Source: Candidatus Hydrogenedentota bacterium (GTDB lineage: Bacteria; Hydrogenedentota; Hydrogenedentia; Hydrogenedentales; SLHB01). Taken from it: a stretch of 64,000 nucleotides of DNA. The DNA is taken from NCBI GenBank assembly GCA_963674865.2, contig CAXXYE010000003.1:320001-384000 (forward strand). Reading direction: 5' to 3'. The notes beneath the pieces are model-generated. The model was not told the origin of the DNA. It saw nothing but the letters and a program-made list of their open reading frames with translations, and searched no databases. Within the stretch, counting starts at the first letter, position 1, and the number at the start of each line of letters is the position of its first letter. Below, piece by piece: positions 19,941-30,033 of this stretch. The translations under genes were made by a program, and so were the position numbers.

Positions 19941-21919
19941 CTGACGCCGTCCAAACTCGTTTCTTCCTGAGCGGGGCCTTCCTGAGAGGTTTCCTGTGAA
20001 TCTTCAGCGGCCGCCGGCGCCGCATCACTCTCGTCCGAGGCTTCCTCATCAGGCTCTTCGTCGATCCGGAGTATTCTGGCTTTGTAATCCTGGTTCACGT
20101 ACATCGAGTCTTGCGGCACGCGCTGCCGGAGGTCGTCGAGATAGTCGTTCAGGCGCTCACGGATCCGAGTCGTCAAGAGCATTTCGCGGATAGATTCCTT
20201 CTGCTCAGGCCATTTCTCCTCCCAGTCGGCCTCGGTGGGCGGCGTCCGCTCGACCAACTCGACGAAGTAGATCTGCCCGATGAAACTCTCGATGGGGCCG
20301 CCGAAGGCCCCCGGCTCCCCCTTGCCCACCGCTTCGTACACCTGCCTCGGATCCCAGAATAGACCGCCTGTGTAACGGAAGTCCTTCACGGTGAACGGCT
20401 CCGCCGTCTTGATCTCAGGATCGAGTTCGGGGCAGAGCTTCTTGATGTCTTTCAGCGCGTGGGCTTCCTGGGCGATTTGCATCGCGTAGCGCTGGATTTC
20501 GGCCCGGTGTTCCGGCGATTGTTCGATGGCCTGGATCGTGTCCCGCAACACGTCCTCGCGGACTTCCTCGAAAGGCCGCAGCACCGGCGGGGTGATGGAT
20601 GCCACCTTCGCTATGTAGAGATTCGCCCGTCCGGCGATCACATCGGACACACTGCCTTCCCCGAGTTCGGCAAGTCCCCGCCGGAAGGCCAAACCGTCCT
20701 CCCGCGGCACATTGTCGATGGAGACGGTATCCGCGGAAAAGGCGCCGGAAGTGCGGACCTCGAGGTCGTATGCCGCCGCGGTAGCGGCCAAATCGCCGGA
20801 TTCTTTCGCTTTCTCAGCGATCTCGGCGGCCTCGGCCTCGCGCGCGGCGCGCTCCTCGTCATCGAGTTGCGGGCGAAGGACGATCTGCCGCGCCCGAACA
20901 TCGCGCTTCTCCGTTACCTCGTCCGTCCGCTCCTCTTCGACTTTGTAGATGTAATAGGCGTTGGGCCCCTCGACGGGATCGCTAACGGCGCCCACCTCAA
21001 GCGCAAAGAGCGGCTCTTGATGCTCCGGAAGCATGAGTTCTTGGGCGACCCAGCCCATATCGCCGCCCTTTTCGGCGTCCGGGCCCTCGGAATAGGCCTT
21101 CGCCAGTTCGGCGAAGTCCTCGCCATTGCGGGCGCGCTCGACGAGTTCGTCAAGCAGCGCCGGCGCGGGCGGCTTCAGCGACACGGCGATGAACTCGGCC
21201 GTCCGCTTCTCAGGGTGTTGATACCGGGACGGATCCGCATCGTAGGTAGCTTGAATCTGCTCTTCCGTAGGCTCGATCTTTGGCTCAATCGAGACGTACT
21301 TGACCTTTATCTTCGTGTTCTCGTCCTCGAACCTCTGGCGAACGTCGGCGTCCAGCACACGCGCCGAGGCTGTCGCCAACACGCCAAGCACCTGTCTGCC
21401 AAGTTGGCGCTCGATGTCCACATAAACCGCGCTCCAATTGATGTCCTTCGCCGTCGTGATGAACTGGTTCCACAGGGCGGGGTCGAATTGGCCGCTCTCA
21501 TTCTGAAACCGCGGGTCCTGCTTCATCTGCTCCGTGAGGAAATGCCGTGTGAACCTGAGCCCGCGCTTATCCGCTTCCGCACTGAAGAGCTTGGAGTTCA
21601 CGAGTTCTTGCAGCACTTGGTCGGCCGTGCCGTCCGCGGCGAGGTCGCGATAATCCTGCGATTGGCCCTGCTTGGCGCGCCGCTCCAATTCGGAACTGAG
21701 GGCATTCCGATACTCCTCAGCGGTGATCGGCGCTCCCGCCACATTCGCCAAGGAGGACGCAGTCTCCTCCTTTCGCTGTTCAGTCAACAGGTGCCTTGAC
21801 CAAGAGCCCAAGATCCCGAACGAGATCACGAGCAATACCGTGACGACCCAAAGCATTGGTTTGCGGTACCGGTGCAATACATGAAGCATGTTGTGAGATT
21901 CCTCTGAGCGATCACCCAT
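19937..21919 (-). CDS. SurA N-terminal / PpiD-like peptidyl-prolyl isomerase
   Basis: N-terminal TM; LANVAGAPITAEEY; parvulin motif GEDFAELAKAYSEG..AEKGGDMGW. Start may be ~21889. Confidence 0.82.
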   Translation of the reverse strand: MGDRSEESHNMLHVLHRYRKPMLWVVTVLLVISFGILGSWSRHLLTEQRKEETASSLANVAGAPITAEEYRNALSSELERRAKQGQSQDYRDLAADGTADQVLQELVNSKLFSAEADKRGLRFTRHFLTEQMKQDPRFQNESGQFDPALWNQFITTAKDINWSAVYVDIERQLGRQVLGVLATASARVLDADVRQRFEDENTKIKVKYVSIEPKIEPTEEQIQATYDADPSRYQHPEKRTAEFIAVSLKPPAPALLDELVERARNGEDFAELAKAYSEGPDAEKGGDMGWVAQELMLPEHQEPLFALEVGAVSDPVEGPNAYYIYKVEEERTDEVTEKRDVRARQIVLRPQLDDEERAAREAEAAEIAEKAKESGDLAATAAAYDLEVRTSGAFSADTVSIDNVPREDGLAFRRGLAELGEGSVSDVIAGRANLYIAKVASITPPVLRPFEEVREDVLRDTIQAIEQSPEHRAEIQRYAMQIAQEAHALKDIKKLCPELDPEIKTAEPFTVKDFRYTGGLFWDPRQVYEAVGKGEPGAFGGPIESFIGQIYFVELVERTPPTEADWEEKWPEQKESIREMLLTTRIRERLNDYLDDLRQRVPQDSMYVNQDYKARILRIDEEPDEEASDESDAAPAAAEDSQETSQEGPAQEETSLDGVS

Positions 21920-22119
21920 TCCCCGCGTGATTCAGATGTTTTTGCGGGAACGTGACGGGCCCGGATTACGAAACGGGCGAAGCGTATCATACGGGTGGCG
22001 GGGCGTGCAAACACCCGTAGCGCGAAAGGTTACGTGTACTTGTGAGAAACTGCGGCCGGGCGAACGGATGGGGGCCATTAGTCGCGCTCGAACGCCGCCG
22101 CCTTGAATACGCGCAACCC

Positions 22120-24276
22120 TCAGTCCTCCGTCTGGGACGACGGCTTCGGGAGTTCGGATGGCGGGTGTTTGAGCTTCTTCGGGGCGTTCATCCACTCCTT
22201 AGAGCCGTAGAGCCCTACATCACGAAGGTCGATCGGCTGGAAACCTAGCTCAAGCGCTGGGGAGTCCGAGGCGAGTCGAAAATCGAACGCTTCGGCTCTT
22301 CTAAACAGTGGATCGGTGATGATCGAGTTCAAATCCTGGCCTATATCCCGCCACTCGTCAAACGTCCGGCCGGCGAAATCGATTTCCTCACTCGATGTAT
22401 CCCAGTAGCAGTTGCGGTCGAGCCGGTAGTGCCCGTTCTTCCAGTTACTGCCGAGGAGCCGGCCGTTGTTGAAATAGACGATATTCCTCTCGAAGAACAA
22501 GGAGATGTGTTCCTCTTCGCGCGTACGGATGACTTGGCCCTCGTGGGCGAAGGCGAACACGTTGTTGAGTACACGGTTTTCCTTGCCGTAGTGCTGATGG
22601 AACCCGCCCGTCTTCGTGTTGTACACGACGTTGTTTTCGATGAGCAGGTCGCTGCTGCCTTCATCAGGATAGATGCCCCAGCCGCCGTACGTGTACGAAA
22701 ACACATCATGGATGAGGTTGTGACGGAGGATGGTGCCCGGCGCGACGCCGAGAGTGTAGATCCCGCCCATATCACTGAGCATCCCTTGCCCGATGTGATG
22801 TATGTGGTTGAACTCGATGAGGTTGTGATTGGCCGAACTGGGCGCATATCCCCAACTCCAACCGACGGACACGCCGGTGTAGAACAAGTCCGAGATTTCA
22901 TTGTGCGACACCCGGTTGTACGAACTCCGGCCGATCCACACCCCCACCGCGGCGGGAAAGATCGTGCCTCCATCGTGGATCCAGTTATTGTCCACCCAAT
23001 TGTCCTGGGTGACGTGATGATCGGTGGCCGGGTCGGCCCCGTCCCCGATGCGTACGCCGCCTGCGCCCAAGTCATGAAGGTGATTGCCCGCGATGCGGTT
23101 ATCCCGGCAGCCGTACTGGAACCAGACGCCGTAGTTGCTGATGTGCGCGACCTCGCAATCCACCAGCGAGCAGTACCGGGCGCCGCTCGCCTGCACGGCC
23201 CCGTGGACGGGATAGGCCGCTTGGGCGTTATTCTGGCCGTCCGGCCCCAGTGGAAAAGCGGTATGGTGGAAGCGCAGTCCACACAGGTGCACATGCTCGA
23301 CAAGGCGCCCTGCTTCGAGATCGCCCTCCAACTTCAGCAGTTGAGACGCCACGGGAAGAATGACCTCCGCGGTGTCCGGCCTCTCGCCCTTCTTCGGCCA
23401 ATAGTAGAGCACGCCCGTTTGCCGGTTGTAATACCACTCGCCCGGCTCGTCGAGGGCCTCAAAGAGGTGCTCGATGTAGTAGCGCTGCTCCTTGCCCCAG
23501 TTCTCGAAGGGCCAGTTCGGGCTCGTGGTGAACCGAACGACGCCGTCCTCTTCGTCGATATCCGCGATCCTGTGGTACGAAACATCCCACGAATGCAGCG
23601 CAACAACGAGGGCATCTTCGAGGTTATCCCACGCCTGAATATCCCCAGTCTTGAAATGGAACCCGTTCGGACTCGGACGCTTCTTGTCCTTCATCTCCTC
23701 CGGCACAGGCAGTGTTCCGGCCGTGAGCGAGAATCCTTCATTGGGAGTCCGGGCCGGAGCGCGATACTCCCCGTTTACCCACAGCGCGCTGATCGTCTCG
23801 CCCGGCGCCCACCAGTCCGCAACATGGGCCTTCCACAGAGCCCCCTCACGTTCCCAGTCCGTTACTCGGCGGCCCCCACTGATCACCGGCGACTCCCCCG
23901 GATAGGCGGCGTACGTGATCGGCGCACGCCACGTGCCCGAGTCTTCCGGCCCCAGCGTAAAAGGTTCCAGAATACGGTACGTGCCTTCACGCACCAGCAC
24001 CTGAACGGGCCGTGTCAGCTCGCCTTGGGCCTTCATCCGGCGGACGGCGTCGCGTGCCGCCGCCAGAGAGGCCAGCGGCCCGTCCGAGCCGTCGGCTGTC
24101 GGGACGGGCTCGGCGCCGCTCCATTCATCATTGCCGTTCTCTGCGACATAGAGGGTGATTGCTTCCTGCGACATAGTTGGCCTCGACGAAACCGGCGCGT
24201 TCGGCCGGACGGGGAAAGAGTAGCAAGACAAACCTGAAAGGATAAGCATAACTGCCATGAGAAGTCGCTTGGACAC
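22120..24276 (-). CDS. Right-handed parallel beta-helix glycan-active protein (GH141/GH110-like)
   Basis: YVAENGNDEWSG..DGPLASL, AAYPGESPVISGG, LDEPGEWY, LSDMGGIYTLG and GWGIYPDEGSS. Confidence 0.8.
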   Translation of the reverse strand: MSKRLLMAVMLILSGLSCYSFPVRPNAPVSSRPTMSQEAITLYVAENGNDEWSGAEPVPTADGSDGPLASLAAARDAVRRMKAQGELTRPVQVLVREGTYRILEPFTLGPEDSGTWRAPITYAAYPGESPVISGGRRVTDWEREGALWKAHVADWWAPGETISALWVNGEYRAPARTPNEGFSLTAGTLPVPEEMKDKKRPSPNGFHFKTGDIQAWDNLEDALVVALHSWDVSYHRIADIDEEDGVVRFTTSPNWPFENWGKEQRYYIEHLFEALDEPGEWYYNRQTGVLYYWPKKGERPDTAEVILPVASQLLKLEGDLEAGRLVEHVHLCGLRFHHTAFPLGPDGQNNAQAAYPVHGAVQASGARYCSLVDCEVAHISNYGVWFQYGCRDNRIAGNHLHDLGAGGVRIGDGADPATDHHVTQDNWVDNNWIHDGGTIFPAAVGVWIGRSSYNRVSHNEISDLFYTGVSVGWSWGYAPSSANHNLIEFNHIHHIGQGMLSDMGGIYTLGVAPGTILRHNLIHDVFSYTYGGWGIYPDEGSSDLLIENNVVYNTKTGGFHQHYGKENRVLNNVFAFAHEGQVIRTREEEHISLFFERNIVYFNNGRLLGSNWKNGHYRLDRNCYWDTSSEEIDFAGRTFDEWRDIGQDLNSIITDPLFRRAEAFDFRLASDSPALELGFQPIDLRDVGLYGSKEWMNAPKKLKHPPSELPKPSSQTED

Positions 24277-24379
24277 GCTGTGTCTCCACTTGCTGTTTTC
24301 GACAGGGCGCCTACGCGCGAGCCCTCACGCGCGCCGGCAAGCGCATCCTAAACGCCACATTGCGCAAAGTCCAGTTCCC

Positions 24380-24409
24380 TTGACGGAGGCAGTTCAATCA
24401 ACGTATTCT
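24380..24409 (+). promoter_or_regulatory. Candidate sigma70 promoter for tRNA-Arg
   Basis: TTGACG-N18-TATTCT. Confidence 0.4.
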
Positions 24410-24494
24410 TCCGCCCGCAGAGGGCGATCACGGCGTATACCGCGCCATGAAACAGCGGATCCACCGTATTGCTCTGGCAACTCATCCATTCGGC

Positions 24495-24569
24495 GCCCCG
24501 ATAGTTCAGTGGATAGAACAAGTCCCTCCTAAGGATTAGACGAAGGTTCGATTCCTTCTCGGGGCGCCA
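24495..24569 (+). tRNA. tRNA-Arg (anticodon CCT)
   Basis: Cloverleaf: GCCCCGA/TCGGGGC acceptor stem, GTTC/GAAC D arm, AGTCC-CTCCTAA-GGATT anticodon arm, GAAGG-TTCGATT-CCTTC T arm and an encoded CCA. Confidence 0.95.
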
Positions 24570-24633
24570 TCTTTCTTTTGTTTGCAGTGGTTTCAGGCGC
24601 TTCGGCGTCATTGCCAACAGGAGGAGTTCTCCC

Positions 24634-26241
24634 TTGATAGCGATCTTCTGCCTCGTACTCGTCTTGGCCCTTTGTGTCACTACCCGCTCGGCCCACGCGG
24701 AGCCGGCAAATCGCCCGGAACGCGTTGAGTGGTTCCGGGATCTTGGCCTCGGCATGTTCGTCCATTGGAGCGTGGACGGGCAGCTTGGCGTCGTTATCAG
24801 CCACTCGATGGCCGGAGCTTCGGATGATTACCTGAAGCGGTATGTGGAGGAGCTGCCTAAGACGTTCTATCCCCGGAAGTTCGATCCCAAAGCTTGGGCC
24901 AGACTCGCCCGGGTGGTGGGCATGAAGTACGTGATGTTTACTACCAAGCACCACTCCGGCTTCTGCATGTTTGACACGGCCACCACCGACTTCGGCGTCA
25001 TGAACACGCCGTTTCAGCGGGATATCGTTGCGGAAGTGGCAAGCGCCTTCCGGGAGGAGGGGATCGCCATCGGACTGTACTTCTCCGTAGATGATTTCCT
25101 CTGGCTCTACAAGAACGGCAAGATGATTGACCGCCGCTCTGAGCTGATGCCGCATGCCCAGCCGGAGTTGCTGGAGTACGCCAGAGCGCAACTCAAGGAG
25201 CTTCTGAGCCACTACGGCCCAATAGACTTGATGTTCTTCGACGGGGAATCACAAGGACTGACGGACTTCGTTTGGGATCTTTCCCCGGATACCGTAATTA
25301 CCGCTGGAGGCATGAGAGTCACCGAGCAGCACATCGCCGGTGTTCCCTCCGCCGAACCGTTTGAAGCCTGCTTCACCATGGGCGGGGAATGGAACTACCG
25401 GCCCACAAACGACGACTACAAGAGCGGCACGCAGATGATCGAGATGCTGATCGAGACACGGGCGAGGGGCGGCGTTCTTCTCCTCAATGTGGGGCCGACC
25501 CCGGACGGCGAGATTCCCATGGAGCAGGAAGACCGCCTTCGCGAGGTCGCCTTGTGGACCTTCATCAACGGCGAAGCCATCCATGCCGTGCGGCCCTGGA
25601 TCGTCACCAACGAGGGCAACTACTGGCTCACGAAGAGGAAAGATGAGAATACGGTGTATGTGTCCGTGTGCGAGCCTTGGGATTTCGCGGAGCGGAGGTC
25701 GCTGCGCTTGGCTTCCGTGCGAGCCACGGCGGACACCGAGGTCACCGTATTGGGACATGGCGGCCAGTTGATCGAATACCGTCCCCAGAAGGATCCCAAG
25801 ACAACCTGGAGCCAGGAAGCCGACGGCCTGCATATCAGCGCGCCGCGCGGCCAGCGCTTATACACCCGTGGCGTTTGGCCCAATCCCCTCGTCTTGAAGA
25901 TCACCAATGTAGAGCCCGCGCTCACACCGCCGAAAGTCGTCACAGGCGACTGGAAATGGGATCCTGCAACGGAAACCGCGGTGTTTGAAGGCGAGCTGCT
26001 GGATCTGGCCGGAGAGGAAGCGCTTGAGGTCTGGCTGGAGTACCGCTCGCTCAAAGGGCAGGATACCAATGAGCGAACGCTGCCCTGGGTGGCCGCATCG
26101 GCAGAACGGCGCACCACGCCGGGGACCTTCTCGGCCGCGGTGAAGGGACTCGAGCCGGGCGAGGCCTACGAGTTCCGCGCGGTTGTGAAGCACCCGCTGT
26201 TGGCGCTCTACGGAGAGGAGAAGAAGGCCGTCCTAAAGTAG
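24634..26241 (+). CDS. Alpha-L-fucosidase (GH29) with a C-terminal FnIII-like extension
   Basis: LGMFVHW, FTTKHHSGFCMF, YGPIDLMFFDG and LLLNVGPTPDGEIP; signal peptide. Confidence 0.88.
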   Translation: MIAIFCLVLVLALCVTTRSAHAEPANRPERVEWFRDLGLGMFVHWSVDGQLGVVISHSMAGASDDYLKRYVEELPKTFYPRKFDPKAWARLARVVGMKYVMFTTKHHSGFCMFDTATTDFGVMNTPFQRDIVAEVASAFREEGIAIGLYFSVDDFLWLYKNGKMIDRRSELMPHAQPELLEYARAQLKELLSHYGPIDLMFFDGESQGLTDFVWDLSPDTVITAGGMRVTEQHIAGVPSAEPFEACFTMGGEWNYRPTNDDYKSGTQMIEMLIETRARGGVLLLNVGPTPDGEIPMEQEDRLREVALWTFINGEAIHAVRPWIVTNEGNYWLTKRKDENTVYVSVCEPWDFAERRSLRLASVRATADTEVTVLGHGGQLIEYRPQKDPKTTWSQEADGLHISAPRGQRLYTRGVWPNPLVLKITNVEPALTPPKVVTGDWKWDPATETAVFEGELLDLAGEEALEVWLEYRSLKGQDTNERTLPWVAASAERRTTPGTFSAAVKGLEPGEAYEFRAVVKHPLLALYGEEKKAVLK

Positions 26242-26315
26242 CCGTCATTCGTGAGGAGGCCGTGACTACTCAAGATATGCCCGTTGCGGCAGAATCACAT
26301 AGGAGGAGTCCAGCA

Positions 26316-27791
26316 ATGCCAAGAAGCAACGTCATCTTTTTCCATGCCGAGAGTTGGGACGGCCGTATGCTTGGGCCCTTGGGAAATCCGGCACTCCGGA
26401 ATGCCACGCCGAATATCGACCGCCTAGCCCAGTCCGGCACGCTGTTTGAGAACACGTATTGCTCCCATCCCATCTGTTGCCCTTCGCGCGCCAACATGTG
26501 GTCGGGCCGATATACGCACAACTGCGAGAGCTGGAATAACTACAAGGGCCTCGAAAAGGGCATGTGGGCTTTGCTGGATGAATTGCCCGCGACACACACC
26601 CTCGGGACATTTGGTAAGTTGGACTATTTATCGGGAGGGCATACTCAGCTTGCCCGCCTCAGTGCCTGGCTTGGGCCGTCGGGAATCAACAAACCCATCT
26701 TTGACAATGATCAATCTCAGTGTTTCACCGTGGCGGACAACGATGACGTGCGCTACCACAAGAACGATTGGGAGAGGGTCGATCAAGCCATTGCTTTTCT
26801 GAAGCAACAGCAAGATCGGGAGAAACCGTTCTTCTTGTACGTGAGCACCGGCCTGGTTCACGCGGCCTTTCGCACGAACAACTACTGGCTAAGCAAGATC
26901 CCCGAGGATGCGGTGGATATCCCCCCCATGGATCCGGGAGACCACCCGGTGCGGCAGTACCAACTGATGGCCAAGGCTTGGCGCTACGGCCACGATGAAG
27001 CCACCGTCAGGCAAGTCCGCAGAATCTACATGGCCATGTGCGCCGAAGCGGACGCGATGGTGGGCGCGCTCCATGACGCCATGCAGGACTTGGGATTAGG
27101 ACACGACACTTACTTCGTCTTCTCAAGCGATCACGGCGAGATGGCTATGGAGCACCAGGATTGGTACAAGATGTCGATGTACGAGGGGGCTGTCCGCGTG
27201 CCGCTCGTCATGGCGGGGCCGGAGATTCAACAGGGGCAGCGCGTCCCCAATCTCGTGTCGCTGATCGACTTGTGCCCCACCTTATTGGAGATGGGGGGCC
27301 TCGCCGCGCAGGACGGTTTGGACGGGGAATCATTGATGCCTCTCGCAACGGGACAGACGCGGCAGAGTCGCGACTCAGCCTACGCGTGCTTTATGGGCTG
27401 CACACTCAATACATCCGCTTTCATGCTTCGCAAGGATCGGTGGAAGTACGTCGTGTATTCAGGCTACGGGCCGCAACTGTTCGATATGGTGAACGACCCA
27501 CAAGAACTCGTCGATTTGAGCCGGAAAGAGCCCGATGTGGCCGGCCTTCTCGATGCCGACCTGCGGGACATCGTGGACTACGAACAAACACACCGCGACT
27601 GGGTGGCTTACTGCAAAGAAGCATTCCGGCAATGGCGCCGCCAAGCTCTGCGGGGGGTGTATGTTGACGGGAGCTACTCTCTCAGGGAGAATTCCTCGAC
27701 GGATTACTGGAAGATCATGGACAACTGCTTCACCGGCTACGACCAGGACGACGAGAAGAAGCTGATGGCGTGGCTGGACGAGGAATCTTAG
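26316..27791 (+). CDS. Cys-type formylglycine sulfatase, arylsulfatase K-like
   Basis: CCPSRA, GKLD, SSDHGE and KMSMYEG. ATG at 26316 after AGGAGG. Confidence 0.9.
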   Translation: MPRSNVIFFHAESWDGRMLGPLGNPALRNATPNIDRLAQSGTLFENTYCSHPICCPSRANMWSGRYTHNCESWNNYKGLEKGMWALLDELPATHTLGTFGKLDYLSGGHTQLARLSAWLGPSGINKPIFDNDQSQCFTVADNDDVRYHKNDWERVDQAIAFLKQQQDREKPFFLYVSTGLVHAAFRTNNYWLSKIPEDAVDIPPMDPGDHPVRQYQLMAKAWRYGHDEATVRQVRRIYMAMCAEADAMVGALHDAMQDLGLGHDTYFVFSSDHGEMAMEHQDWYKMSMYEGAVRVPLVMAGPEIQQGQRVPNLVSLIDLCPTLLEMGGLAAQDGLDGESLMPLATGQTRQSRDSAYACFMGCTLNTSAFMLRKDRWKYVVYSGYGPQLFDMVNDPQELVDLSRKEPDVAGLLDADLRDIVDYEQTHRDWVAYCKEAFRQWRRQALRGVYVDGSYSLRENSSTDYWKIMDNCFTGYDQDDEKKLMAWLDEES

Positions 27792-27868
27792 CTAACAAGG
27801 TGTTCCAGCGGGTGTGGACAAACCGCGTCGCCGATCCGCCGCGTTCATAGACAGAGACGGATGAGCAC

Positions 27869-27940
27869 GTGAATGCGGTCAATATCCTCCTTGTCTTCAG
27901 CGACCAGCAGCGCCGCAAGGGGCGGGCGAGGCCCTCTTAA
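27869..27940 (+). pseudogene. Truncated N-terminus of a second sulfatase
   Basis: GTG ORF VNAVNILLVFSDQQRRKGRARPS*; NILLVFSDQQR is a typical first sulfatase strand with its metal-binding motif. Confidence 0.5.
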
Positions 27941-29985
27941 GGTCCCGTGACGCATCGGATGGCGAACTTCTCGTTCGCGTCCGGCGTAGTCACGCCGAAC
28001 TTGGCCTTATTCCAATCGTATATCCAGTAGAACCGGTTGGGACCAGTGCCGTAGCACCAATAGAAGCCATTGCCCGAGTTCACGAAGGGTAGCTCCTTTG
28101 GGCTGAAATCATCCGTGGGAAGCGTCATAAGCTCCCCCTTCGTCGGAATGCGCCAACTACTGCGGCCCGCGAGCTCGAGGCCGTCCGCATAGTGCCGGTA
28201 ATCGGTAGTCCGCCCCGGCCGCGGCAAGCCGTAAGTTTTGCCGCTATCGCCCTTCTGCCAGATCAACATCGTGTCGTTGTCGAACACGGTTCCATCGCCC
28301 CTGTCGACAAGCCGTCCGCCCGCGTATTCCTTGGGCCCGGCCGGCGCCGGCGTTTGGGCCTTGGCCTCGGCAATCTTCACGGCCGTCGTTTCGGCCGGTT
28401 TGCCCTCCGTTGGCCCGGCCGCTGTCTTCGGCGCTTTGTCCGCGGCCTTCTGCTCAGGCTCCTGGGGAGACGCGGCCGCGGGCGGTGCCTCGGAAACCAC
28501 CGCTTCCTTCTCCTCCGGTGCCGTCGTTGAATCGGCAGCGTTCCCCTTCGGCTCCGCCGCCACGGCTATGGCGGCGGCTTCAGTTGCTTGGCTCGTAGCG
28601 GACGCCTCCACTCCTTCAGGCGCCTCCGCCGCGGCAGATGCCTGAGGAGAAGTCGTCTCGCCCTGCGTGCCCTCGTTCTCTGCGTCGGCTGTCGCCCCAT
28701 CTGTTTTCGGCCCCTCGGCAACCACGTCCGCCGCCGGGGGCTCCTCGGGCCGTGCGCCCGGCGTCTCGTCACCGTCTACCTCGGAAGCCTGCGGTACTGC
28801 AGTTGCTTGTGGCGGTGTCGCTGCGTCGCGCTCCGTGGTCTCTGTCGATACCGAGGCAACCTGCGGCGGCGCATTGTCGGAGGTTGTGGGGGCGCCGGCC
28901 CTCGTTTGCCCGAGCCTGAAGGCGAGGAATACCCCCGTGCCGCCTATGGCCAAGAGGCATAGCGCCGCGGCAACGAGCAGGAGCGGGCCCCGGCGCTTGC
29001 CCGTGTCCCGTACCGCGGACGGGGCCTCGGGCGTCTTGCCTTGCGCTGACGCCGCTTCGACGGGCACTCCCTCCTCGGGGGTGACAAGTCTTGTGGCCTC
29101 TTCGCTGGCCCGCACGGTGACCGCTTCCTCGATGGGAAGCTGCGAATCACCCTCACGGAGCCAGCGTTCGATATCAGCTTCGAGGGCCTGCGCTGAGTTG
29201 TACCGGTTCGCCAGGTTCTTGGCCACCATCTTCTTGACGATGAAGGCGACGCCGAGAGGCACATCGGGATTGAGGTCGCGGACCGCGGGAAAGTCGGACA
29301 GGGCAATCTGGCTCATCACCGCCATCGGCGTGTCGCCGACATAAGGCGGCCGGCCCGTGAGCATCTCGAACAGCATGACGCCGAGGGAGTAGATGTCGGT
29401 GCGCAGGTCGACGGCTTCACCTTTGCACTGCTCAGGAGACATGTAGGCTGGTGTGCCCATCGCCGTGCCCGTCGCCGTCAGGGCCGACGCGCCTCCAAGC
29501 ACTTTCGCCAGCCCAAAATCCATCACCTTTACGCGGCCCACCTGATCGCACATGATGTTTTGCGGCTTAATATCGCGGTGGACGATGTCCTTCTCGTGAG
29601 CCTCCGCCAGTGCCTCCGCCGCCTGAAGGGTGATATCCAGCGCGCGCCCCACTTCGAACCGACCCTGCTCCGTGATCTGCATGGCGATAGTCTTGCCCTT
29701 CACGTACTCCATCGCCATGAAGTGCATGCCCGCATGCTCGCCCACCGCGTACACCGTGACGATGTTCGGGTGAGTCAGCCGTGCCGCGGCCCGCGCCTCA
29801 CGCTCGAACCGCGCCACAAATTCGTCGTTTTCGGCCAAATGCGCAGGAAGGATCTTCAAGGCCACCACGCGCTGGAGCGACATCTCGTGCGCCTTGTAGA
29901 CAACGCCCATGCCCCCACGTCCCAGCTCACGCTGGATCTCGTAGTTGCCCACAATCGTGCCGATCAGCGAACCGTCCTTACTCAT
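27937..29985 (-). CDS. Hanks-type Ser/Thr kinase with a TM segment, a low-complexity stalk and a C-terminal DUF1566 (Lcl-C)-like domain
   Basis: GRGGMGVVY, VALK, HRDIKPQN, DFG and GTPAYMSPEQ; C-terminal DRGDGTVFDNDTMLIWQ..WRIPTKGEL..IRCV. Confidence 0.92.
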   Translation of the reverse strand: MSKDGSLIGTIVGNYEIQRELGRGGMGVVYKAHEMSLQRVVALKILPAHLAENDEFVARFEREARAAARLTHPNIVTVYAVGEHAGMHFMAMEYVKGKTIAMQITEQGRFEVGRALDITLQAAEALAEAHEKDIVHRDIKPQNIMCDQVGRVKVMDFGLAKVLGGASALTATGTAMGTPAYMSPEQCKGEAVDLRTDIYSLGVMLFEMLTGRPPYVGDTPMAVMSQIALSDFPAVRDLNPDVPLGVAFIVKKMVAKNLANRYNSAQALEADIERWLREGDSQLPIEEAVTVRASEEATRLVTPEEGVPVEAASAQGKTPEAPSAVRDTGKRRGPLLLVAAALCLLAIGGTGVFLAFRLGQTRAGAPTTSDNAPPQVASVSTETTERDAATPPQATAVPQASEVDGDETPGARPEEPPAADVVAEGPKTDGATADAENEGTQGETTSPQASAAAEAPEGVEASATSQATEAAAIAVAAEPKGNAADSTTAPEEKEAVVSEAPPAAASPQEPEQKAADKAPKTAAGPTEGKPAETTAVKIAEAKAQTPAPAGPKEYAGGRLVDRGDGTVFDNDTMLIWQKGDSGKTYGLPRPGRTTDYRHYADGLELAGRSSWRIPTKGELMTLPTDDFSPKELPFVNSGNGFYWCYGTGPNRFYWIYDWNKAKFGVTTPDANEKFAIRCVTGP

Positions 29986-30033
29986 TCCCCTCACTCTCTC
30001 CACGCGCACAATGGCGCCGGCGAAAGAACGCGC

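Noticed and set aside
22429..24237. Long antisense ORFs (also 7301-8707, 20459-21799, 32574-34124, 50202-51314, 57213-58493)
   Set aside because: These are shadow frames opposite well-supported genes in high-GC DNA, with no recognisable motifs.
24495..27940. tRNA-Arg-anchored genomic island
   Set aside because: No integrase is present and I saw no duplicated tRNA 3' end in the window.
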